From assembly GCA_050258615.1 (NCBI GenBank), contig JBLMZC010000021.1, forward strand, positions 12,404 through 76,403: a stretch of DNA of 64,000 nt, in the 5' to 3' direction. The position numbers and the translations under genes were made by a program. The notes under the pieces are model-generated. The model did no database searches. It saw only the letters and a list, made by a program, of their open reading frames with translations, and had not been told where the DNA came from. Origin of the DNA: Deltaproteobacteria bacterium (GTDB lineage: Bacteria; Bacteroidota; Bacteroidia; Chitinophagales; Saprospiraceae). Below are positions 38,461-46,463 of the stretch, in pieces (within the stretch, counting starts at the first letter, position 1; every line of letters starts with the position of its first letter).

Positions 38461-39456
38461 TTACAAAATTAAGCCAGGAATGATTTCCAAATGGTTTTCC
38501 TTCCAGATTTTCATCTGCATTTCCTGATCGATATTTCCACCGGAGATAATAATAAGAATTTTCTTTGGTGTAGGTTGTGTTTTAAGCCATTGTCTTGCTG
38601 CTTCCATTGACATGGCACTCGTTGGTTCAATAGATATCTTAAGCAAATGGGTCAGCCACTGTGTCCAGTATACAATGGATTGTTCATCAATTTCATACAT
38701 ATCGTCAAGTTTCTTAAGATATTCGAATGTGATACTTCCTACTGACATAGTCATAGCACCATCAGCAAGTGTGTCAGGTACAGAATCAAGATTGAGTATC
38801 GAATTTGCCCTGAGTGATCTGGCAGCGTCATTGGCATTCAGTGGTTCAGCCCCGATCACTTTGATATCAGGATCCAAACCATGACTTGCGATGACTGTTC
38901 CTGACAGCAATCCACCTCCTCCGCATGGGGCAAAAATAGCATCAACCTGCCCAAGCTCATTTATAGCCTCATAAGCTGCAGTTCCCTGTCCGGCAATGAC
39001 AAGGTCACTGTTAAATGGATGCAACCAGTAGTTACCTTCCTCTGAAGCAGCTGATTTTACATTGTCATCGGTTTCCACCCTTGAATTGCAAAGGACTGTT
39101 TTGGCTCCATAAGCTTGGGTAGCCTGTATTTTTATCTTTGATGAATATACCGGCATGTAGATTGTAGATGGAATATCGAACTCGCTTGCTGCCCATGCAA
39201 CAGCCTGAGCATGATTGCCGGAACTATTGGCAACAATGTGCCTGGGCTTTTTTCCATTTTCAATCAGCCATGCAACACTGTTGGCGGCTCCCCTGGCCTT
39301 AAAGGCTCCTATTTTCTGCATGCATTCTGCCTTGAAATATATCTCATGGCCTATCCATTTGTTGAGTAATGATGAAGTATAAACAGGAGTTTTATTGATC
39401 AGTTTTCCGATCCTGTTCCCGGCATTGATTATATCTTCGATTTTAAGTAGTTTCAT
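38461..39456 (-). CDS. PLP-dependent threonine/serine dehydratase or serine-racemase-family enzyme
   Basis: FKAECMQKIGAFKARGA (PLP-Lys motif), SSGNHAQA and GGGGLLSG (phosphate-binding loop). Confidence 0.8.
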   Translation of the reverse strand: MKLLKIEDIINAGNRIGKLINKTPVYTSSLLNKWIGHEIYFKAECMQKIGAFKARGAANSVAWLIENGKKPRHIVANSSGNHAQAVAWAASEFDIPSTIYMPVYSSKIKIQATQAYGAKTVLCNSRVETDDNVKSAASEEGNYWLHPFNSDLVIAGQGTAAYEAINELGQVDAIFAPCGGGGLLSGTVIASHGLDPDIKVIGAEPLNANDAARSLRANSILNLDSVPDTLADGAMTMSVGSITFEYLKKLDDMYEIDEQSIVYWTQWLTHLLKISIEPTSAMSMEAARQWLKTQPTPKKILIIISGGNIDQEMQMKIWKENHLEIIPGLIL

Positions 39457-39927
39457 AGGTAATTGTTAATGGTTAATTGTAAATTGTAAATTGTAAATTT
39501 TTCATTTTTAGCTTTTCACTTTTAATCAGTTGTCCGTTGTCAGTTGTCTGTATATTGGTGTCGTTTTACCTTTGTAATTCGTTAGCTACCTATTTTTATA
39601 AGATCTCAAACTGCTGACTGCCAACTGAAGACTGCAGACTAATCATTCTTCACTTTTAACTTTTCACTCTTAACTCTCACGCAAAGCCGCAAAGTCGCAG
39701 TGCAAATTAATCACTGATCACTGATAATTTTTCACTCTTCACTTTTAATTTTTCATACTTCAGTCCACAGTCTTCAGTCCACAGTCTTCAGTCCACAGTC
39801 AGCAGTCTTCAGGCTCCACTCCAAAGTCAACAGTTCTTAGATCATTTTCAAATTAACACATTTTCAAAATTTCAAATTGGTACATCATCAAATCATCTCA
39901 TTTTCAAATTTTCAAATTGCCTCATTT
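39457..39927 (+). repeat. Composite mosaic repeat filling the whole intergenic gap (F, G, A words; type III cores; C words; ttttcaaatt words)
   Basis: Runs from the dehydratase ATG (3 nt from CCATTAACAATTA on the minus strand) to the stop codon of the serine hydrolase gene, which lies inside the last cattttcaaatt word. Confidence 0.85.
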
Positions 39928-40971
39928 TCAAATTGACAACTTTCGTATAAGTTTAATCAAAACCCTGAATGACAAATCATTAAATGCAGTCTGATTGACT
40001 GTTCCTGTTATGTACAGATCTCTTTCAGGGCTATAGAAAGCCAGTGCACCGCTAAGTCCTGAATGTCCGATCAGATCCGGAATTTTTCGGAAAGGATCAA
40101 AGATCCAAGGAAGTCTGAACCTGTGAATTCCAATTCCGGATTGCATGGGAAAGAAAATTTTATTCCATTTTTTTAATCCACCGATATAGTAGGCAGGAAA
40201 CAATTTTCCTGAAAAAAAAGCTTCAAGGAATATCATCATTTCCTGTGATGTTGATACTACACCACCATCAGGGCCGAATGAAGACATGGCTTTTGGTATA
40301 TGAAGTTCTTTTTCTTTGAAATACAGAGTCAATGGCTTTTGATCGTTGATATCAGTGTACAGGTATGTTGACTTTAAATCTAATGGTTTAATTATCAATT
40401 CATTATAATTTTCTGATATATTTTTCCCCGTGATATTTTCAATTATTTTTCCCAATAATTGATAATTTGTATCTGAATAATATGCTTTGCCTTTAGTTCC
40501 CGGGGCAAATAACTGATCAAGTGATTTGCTGTAACTTATAATTTCTTCAAAAGGCAGGTATCGGTCGTTTCCTTTGGTGATCTCACTGACAATACTATTG
40601 CCATTATCGTCTTTCTGAAGGAAATAATCAGACAATCCGGAAGTATGTGCCAGAAGGTGTGTTATAGTTAGTTTATCAGAATAATCAGTACCATTATATA
40701 CGTGGAGTTTATTCATTATGTCCCTGTCAAAGTAAGTGTGTATTTTGTCGTTTAAGCCGAGTTTGCTTTGTGATATCAGATTTAGAATTACAGCAGTTGT
40801 AAACAGTTTTGAAGTACTGGCTATAAAAAACTGCCTGTCTTTTTCTATGTTTCCACTACTACCATTCCAGGTTTCTCCCCTGTATTTTAAGCAGAATGAT
40901 GTGCCAAAGATCTTTTTATTATCGATAGCTTTATCAAGAACTGAGTGGAGGGATTGTTGGTTTAGAGGCAT
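39928..40971 (-). CDS. Serine hydrolase, beta-lactamase/transpeptidase-like (class C/esterase family)
   Basis: SxxK motif FIASTSKLFT and YSDTNY (YxN). I place the start at the Met at 40971, because the 16 codons upstream (to 41019) are encoded by repeat words. Confidence 0.7.
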   Translation of the reverse strand: MPLNQQSLHSVLDKAIDNKKIFGTSFCLKYRGETWNGSSGNIEKDRQFFIASTSKLFTTAVILNLISQSKLGLNDKIHTYFDRDIMNKLHVYNGTDYSDKLTITHLLAHTSGLSDYFLQKDDNGNSIVSEITKGNDRYLPFEEIISYSKSLDQLFAPGTKGKAYYSDTNYQLLGKIIENITGKNISENYNELIIKPLDLKSTYLYTDINDQKPLTLYFKEKELHIPKAMSSFGPDGGVVSTSQEMMIFLEAFFSGKLFPAYYIGGLKKWNKIFFPMQSGIGIHRFRLPWIFDPFRKIPDLIGHSGLSGALAFYSPERDLYITGTVNQTAFNDLSFRVLIKLIRKLSI

Positions 40972-40974
40972 AAA

Positions 40975-41150
40975 TATAATTGTTAATGGTAAAAGGGTAA
41001 TAAGGTAACAGGGTAACAAGGCATTTGGTAATATGGGTTATTAAAATAATTGTAAATTGTAAATTTTTAACTTTTACTTTATACTTTCAACTTTTCACTC
41101 TTCACTCTTAGTTTTTCACTTAAATTCGTAAATCGTATATTAATTTCTCC
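40975..41150 (-). repeat. Type I mosaic repeat element (minus-strand order GGAGAAATT, B, A, G, F, CCATTAACAATTA)
   Basis: Starts 2 nt after the GH125 stop and ends 5 nt before the serine hydrolase ATG. Word order and junctions match 18700-18988 and 56017-56226. Confidence 0.85.
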
Positions 41151-41152
41151 AT

Positions 41153-42592
41153 TTAATCAAATTTCATTTCCAATAGTTCAGGATGATAAGAATTTACCTT
41201 GATAATGAATTCTCCAAAAAGGGTATTTGCCCAGGCAAACCATTTTCTTGTGAACTTTGCAGGATCGTCCTGATTAAATGATTCATGCATAAAACCGGTC
41301 CTGTCATGTGTTTTCAATAGTGTTGATATGCATTGTCTGACCTCCGTTTTGTCATTGCTTGTAAGACCTCTCATAATTATGGAAATTGGCCAGATATTTC
41401 CTGTTGAGGTATGGGGACTACCGATTCCTTCTGCTGCAGTTCCTTTGAAATAAAATGGATTATTTTCTGATAATACATATTTCCTGGTGTTCAGGTAAAG
41501 CAGATCATCTGAATTCATGCAATTGAGATAAGGCAATGACAAAAGTGAAGGTACATTTGCATCATCCATAAAATTGAAACTTCCATACCCGTTAATTTCA
41601 TAAGGAATGATCATTCCAAAATCGGGATGATCCAGTACTGCATACCTATTAAGTGCTTTCTTTACTACGAGTTTCAGTTCATGACTTTCATTTGCCATTT
41701 TTACTTCGTTAACCGATGGTAATGAAAATATTTCTGATAAATATCCAAGGATCTCCACAGCAAAATAATTTGACGGGATCAGATACGGGTAGATTGTACA
41801 ATCATCACTTGGTCTGAATATCGAACAGATCAGACCATTAGGCCTGACTGGATAACCATAACCTCCTAATGGAACACCATCTGTAGCCCATGAAGTTGTT
41901 CTTTGAAAAGTATACGGACCCTGGTCGTTATACCGTTGCTGCTCTTTGAATGTCCTGATAATCAGCTCCATTGCCTGCTTCCATTCAGTGGTGAATATCG
42001 ATTCATCTCCTGTTTGTTTCCAGTATCCGTAAGCAAGCCTCACAGGATAACAAAGGCTGTCAATTTCCCATTTTCTTTCGTGGATCCCTGGTTTCATTAC
42101 TGTGAGATCATTTTTCCAGTAACTTTCTTTTTTTAAGTCCTTATAAAAGGCATTGGCATAAGGATCGAGTATGATACACTTTACTTGTCTTTGTATCACA
42201 CCCTTTATCAACTCCTTGAGTTTGTTGTCTTTCTCTATCAGTGGGACGTAAGGCCATACCTGTGCTGTACTGTCTCTCAGCCACATAGCATCGATATCAC
42301 CTGTGATGACGTAAGTATCAGGCTTCCCATCGATATACTCAAAGTCAACTGTTGTGTCAAGAGTATTTGGAAAGCAGTTTTCAAACAACCAGGCTAATTG
42401 CTTATCTTTTATCGATGCTTTCATCTGATCTATGACTTCTTCAACAGCACTGCTGGTGAATTTTCTGTCGCCAGGTGATGGTCTTCTTGAAATGAAATCA
42501 ATATTTGATTCATTTGAAAAACCGAAGTTAGAAAAATACAAACTTGTACCGGCAATAATGCCTGTTTTGATAAATTGTTTTCGTGTATACAT
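41153..42592 (-). CDS. GH125 exo-alpha-1,6-mannosidase family protein
   Basis: GDIDAMWLRDSTAQVWPY and the overall ~480 aa (alpha/alpha)6-type pattern. Signal-like N-terminus. Confidence 0.7.
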   Translation of the reverse strand: MYTRKQFIKTGIIAGTSLYFSNFGFSNESNIDFISRRPSPGDRKFTSSAVEEVIDQMKASIKDKQLAWLFENCFPNTLDTTVDFEYIDGKPDTYVITGDIDAMWLRDSTAQVWPYVPLIEKDNKLKELIKGVIQRQVKCIILDPYANAFYKDLKKESYWKNDLTVMKPGIHERKWEIDSLCYPVRLAYGYWKQTGDESIFTTEWKQAMELIIRTFKEQQRYNDQGPYTFQRTTSWATDGVPLGGYGYPVRPNGLICSIFRPSDDCTIYPYLIPSNYFAVEILGYLSEIFSLPSVNEVKMANESHELKLVVKKALNRYAVLDHPDFGMIIPYEINGYGSFNFMDDANVPSLLSLPYLNCMNSDDLLYLNTRKYVLSENNPFYFKGTAAEGIGSPHTSTGNIWPISIIMRGLTSNDKTEVRQCISTLLKTHDRTGFMHESFNQDDPAKFTRKWFAWANTLFGEFIIKVNSYHPELLEMKFD

Positions 42593-44955
42593 CAGTCAAT
42601 ATTTTTTTGAGATTTTACTGATTCCGGATTGTCGAAAGCTTTCACAGTAAAATGTATTGCCGGAGCACCATCTTCTGAAAAAGCCGAACTAAATCTTATT
42701 TTATGCTTACCGGTTGAAAGTTTCGGAATGCCCATATTCAAAGTGTTTTTCAATTTGCCTTTTTCATCATATATTCTTATTTCATCATGTCCCTCACAAA
42801 GAATAGTTTCTCCTGTCAAAATTTCCTGATCAATTATCAATTCTGTATTGTCATCAAGGAGTATTTTTAAGTTTTTTGCAGATCCATCCTTTCCCTTAAT
42901 ATCAATTTTAAATTGCATTGCCTGTGAAAATGAAGATAACTCAAATTCCCAAATTGCATAAACAGGCTCTCCGGGTTGCCGGTCAATATTTTCAAATATG
43001 AACTGACCAAGGTTTTGGGATTGGTAAAGATCCCATATTCCATCTCCTGTTTTTTTTAAATGGAATTCATTTTTCGGGTCTTTCATCCTTGTTTTTTGCT
43101 CAGTTGAAAAGGCTGAAGACAGGCGTGCTGTCTCCCATTCCCTGATGGCATCGAGGAGTTGCAGGGCAATTGGATTGCTTTTTATGGATTTAGGTCTTGC
43201 TACCATTGCAAATCCGGCATCAAAGCCGGCAGCACGTGCCAACATCCATTCCATTTCGCCCAATGTAGTATTTTTTGTTAGTAGATACCATCCAAGCATG
43301 TGAGGAATGAAATTCCTGTCGAAAAGTTCCTGATTGGAAATCCTGTATTCCTGCATACTTTCCCTGAAACCTCCGTACCATGGTTCGCCCCAGTTGCAAA
43401 AAGTGTTTATGTGCCAGTAATAGGTTTTTGAAAGACTTGTTCCATTCAGGACTTCATGGTCAAGATTATCATAGAAATCTTTTGCAAAAAGATTTATGGC
43501 ATAATCACCCTGTCCTGAAGCCAGGCAGCCTTCGTGACCATCAAAATCCAGATGGCTTATTCCTGTTTCATTAAAGAACTTTGCAAGATTAACAGCAATT
43601 TCTCTTTGAAGATCGAGGTTTGGAAAGAAAACTTCATAGGCATGATCATATAGTTTGCCAATTGTGTCATTCTTCGAATGAGATGAAATAATGGTACCAA
43701 AGGCTCCTCTCTGGCAATCTGTAAGAAAATAAGGAGGTTTTTCAGACACTGTTTTATATCTGATCAGTTCTTTACCGATCTTAACTGTATGCAAATAATT
43801 CCCTGTCTGTTTATTGAAATACTCATTTGTTGAAACAGGTATTTCTGTAACCTTTTCATCAATATTTTCAGTAAGAAAACCAAAACCGGTCAGCGCAAGC
43901 CTGTCATCAGGTATTGGAGTGATATAAGGATCATTTGTATTTATAAAATTGGTCAGAGTGTGAACTCCAAAGTATAAACCGGCATCCTTAGCTTTTTGCA
44001 CACATTTTTTTATGCCTTCATTTCCGGATGGGAAATAGTCAGGATTGAGTTCATAATGTCCCCAGTTTTTAAAAGGACCTTCATGGTAAAGGCTTATAAG
44101 CCCTGCCCTTTTGGTGAATTCTATCATTTCATCGATCTCATTTTCCTTAAAATCGGCTATGAGGTATGAACGTCCTCGCTGTATTGCTTTTTTTACCCAA
44201 ATTCCGTTGATGGTCTGATGAGGCAGATTTTCCGCAATTTCGATGTGTTCAATTATATCCAGCGTTTTTGATTCATGACAAAGGAACAGTGCTATTTTAG
44301 ATCCAACGACTGTTTCTCCTTTGATCGCAGAGACTGGAGTATTTTTGTATTCTCCTCCCCAGGTGTCTGCAAACCTAGGTTTGTCCCTGTTCAGAGTGTA
44401 AGCCTGAAGAATACTTCCCCAATTTTTTTTGATCGCGGCATCGCCCCTGTTCCAGGATTGTCCTTCTTTATTATAATCTCCTCCAAGAGTTTTGATATTC
44501 AAAACCTGTATCCCCAATCCTGTTTTATGGTCACGGACTACTCCGATTATTTCTCCAATTGTTTTTGAAATAGTTACAGGTATGGGGCCCCAGACTATTC
44601 CATCGATTGGTTTTGAGGGCTGAGCTTTAATGATTTCAAAAGTCAAATGAGTTTGTGAGGATTTTACCTTTATTTCGATCTCTATTTTTACTTCAGGATA
44701 ATTCAGAGAGATAATTTTTTTTGAAGGCTGATATCTCAATTGTGATGGACAGTACCTCTTTTGATCAACTATTAGAGTGATCAGAGGTGCAATTGTATCT
44801 TTAAAAAGGTAATTTATATTGTTTTGAATATCTGTAATTTCATAAAAATATCCTTTCCTATCGAAAGATATTTTGAGAGCCCCCGCATTGAATGTGACCT
44901 GACTTCTGCCTGTGAAAAATGCAATCAATAGGAATACAGTTAATTTTAATTTCAT
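42592..44955 (-). CDS. Secreted hypothetical protein, probable glycoside-hydrolase-like partner of GH125
   Basis: Signal peptide MKLKLTVFLLIAFFTGRSQ. Its stop overlaps the GH125 start (TGATG). No family motif recognised. Confidence 0.45.
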   Translation of the reverse strand: MKLKLTVFLLIAFFTGRSQVTFNAGALKISFDRKGYFYEITDIQNNINYLFKDTIAPLITLIVDQKRYCPSQLRYQPSKKIISLNYPEVKIEIEIKVKSSQTHLTFEIIKAQPSKPIDGIVWGPIPVTISKTIGEIIGVVRDHKTGLGIQVLNIKTLGGDYNKEGQSWNRGDAAIKKNWGSILQAYTLNRDKPRFADTWGGEYKNTPVSAIKGETVVGSKIALFLCHESKTLDIIEHIEIAENLPHQTINGIWVKKAIQRGRSYLIADFKENEIDEMIEFTKRAGLISLYHEGPFKNWGHYELNPDYFPSGNEGIKKCVQKAKDAGLYFGVHTLTNFINTNDPYITPIPDDRLALTGFGFLTENIDEKVTEIPVSTNEYFNKQTGNYLHTVKIGKELIRYKTVSEKPPYFLTDCQRGAFGTIISSHSKNDTIGKLYDHAYEVFFPNLDLQREIAVNLAKFFNETGISHLDFDGHEGCLASGQGDYAINLFAKDFYDNLDHEVLNGTSLSKTYYWHINTFCNWGEPWYGGFRESMQEYRISNQELFDRNFIPHMLGWYLLTKNTTLGEMEWMLARAAGFDAGFAMVARPKSIKSNPIALQLLDAIREWETARLSSAFSTEQKTRMKDPKNEFHLKKTGDGIWDLYQSQNLGQFIFENIDRQPGEPVYAIWEFELSSFSQAMQFKIDIKGKDGSAKNLKILLDDNTELIIDQEILTGETILCEGHDEIRIYDEKGKLKNTLNMGIPKLSTGKHKIRFSSAFSEDGAPAIHFTVKAFDNPESVKSQKNID

Positions 44956-45226
44956 CAGTTTTTTGTGTAAAAATAAGACAAATTAAACTATTGCCAATTG
45001 CATATGAAAAATATTCAGTAAAAAATATAAAGCCAAATGAAATAAAGGAATTCTATTCATTAAACTGGACATTTACCAAGCAAGAGTAATGTCAGTTATA
45101 AATTCAATTTCATGACGATATATTATAGGCAATTTTTCGAAAGTGATTCAGAACAGGTTTTTTTTTAGTTATACAAAATGCTTAAAACAAATGTTGGTAT
45201 TCTTTATAGATAAATAAAATTAATGT

Positions 45227-46147
45227 CTATCCTCCTATTTTTACGTCAAGACCGAATGACTGAAAAATCGTAATGATATGGCTTTGTTCTTCAGTTGAAG
45301 GCTCGGACATACCTTGTTCTTCATAGGAAATTCCAAGTTTTTCATATTTTTTAAGGGCAGTTTTATGGTAGGGTAAAATGCTGACATTCTTTTTTTTACC
45401 TGGCAAGGCTAATATATATTCAGCCGATCTGATAATATTTTCATCATCAGTATTTACCCCGTTTATAAGTGGGATCCTGATCTCTATTTCAGCTCCTGAT
45501 TCAGATAGTGCCTCCAGATTAGAAAGTATAAGTTCATTGCCCACGCCAGTCCATTTTTTATGTTTATCTGTATCCATTATTTTTAGGTCATATAAAAAAA
45601 GATCTGATCTATTAGCTATGTCAAGCAATATCTCTTTTTTGATAAAACCTGAAGTGTCAATAGTTCTGTGTATTTTTAAATTACCGCATTCATCGAGAAA
45701 ATTTTTTACAAACGAATGATGCAACATAGGCTCACCTCCCGAAATTGTGATACCACCACCTGAGATATCAAAAAAAGGCCTTTCTTTTTCAACCAGGGAA
45801 AGCAATTCGTTCATTGAATATTCTGATCCAGACATTTCTGTTGCCTTGGTAGGGCATACTTCGGCACAGATGCCACAAATTTTGCATTTTGATCTATCAG
45901 TGATTATCCCTCCTGGTCCTGTAATACATGCATCTTCGGGACAATTTTTCACACATTCCTCACAGCCTATACATCTTGATTTCGTATATAATTTTTGTTT
46001 ACCTGCCTGTTGACTTTCCGGATTATGACACCACTTACAACTCAAAGGGCATCCTTTTAAAAATATGGTCATACGGATTCCGGGACCATCATTAATGGAA
46101 TACCTGTTTATTTTAAATATCAGTGGATTTGTTGGTTTTTTATTCAA
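45227..46147 (-). CDS. Glycyl-radical enzyme activating protein (radical SAM)
   Basis: CPLSCKWCHNPE (CxxxCxxC), two ferredoxin-like clusters CIGCEECVKNCP and CKICGICAEVCP, and GGGITISGGEP. Apparent TTG start. Confidence 0.85.
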   Translation of the reverse strand: MNKKPTNPLIFKINRYSINDGPGIRMTIFLKGCPLSCKWCHNPESQQAGKQKLYTKSRCIGCEECVKNCPEDACITGPGGIITDRSKCKICGICAEVCPTKATEMSGSEYSMNELLSLVEKERPFFDISGGGITISGGEPMLHHSFVKNFLDECGNLKIHRTIDTSGFIKKEILLDIANRSDLFLYDLKIMDTDKHKKWTGVGNELILSNLEALSESGAEIEIRIPLINGVNTDDENIIRSAEYILALPGKKKNVSILPYHKTALKKYEKLGISYEEQGMSEPSTEEQSHIITIFQSFGLDVKIGG

Positions 46148-46463
46148 TGGTAGCTTTTTATGTTAAAAATTCATCCTGTTTATGATTTATGATTTATAAA
46201 TATTTTATTGATTGAGTTTTTGAATTATTGAATTTTTGAGTTATTGAGTTTTTTAGTTATTGAGTTATTGAGTTATTGAAATATTTAGTTATTGAATTAT
46301 TTAGTTAAATTCTGACTGTCGACTGAAGACTGATGACTGCCGACTGCTGACTGAGCTATTGAGTTTTTGAATTATTTTACCAAATACTATAATACCAATA
46401 TATCCAACCGTTCTACCTTGTAACCATTCTACCAAAACACAATTCTCCATTATCAATTATTCA
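46148..46463 (+). repeat. Type II mosaic repeat element between the glycyl-radical enzyme and its activase
   Basis: tttatgatttatga, then ttgagttattgag words, then ctgactgtcgactgaagactg words, then ctattgag, then actataatacca...ttctaccttgtaacc, then AATTCTCC. Same order as 26565-26890. Confidence 0.85.

Noticed and set aside
40972-41019. N-terminal 16 codons (MLPCYLITLLPLTIIF) of the listed serine hydrolase ORF as a signal peptide
   Set aside because: These codons are the F-word repeat (ggtaaaagggtaataaggtaacagggtaac) read in frame. The Met at 40971 is preceded by the conserved CCATTAACAATTA box, as at two other genes.
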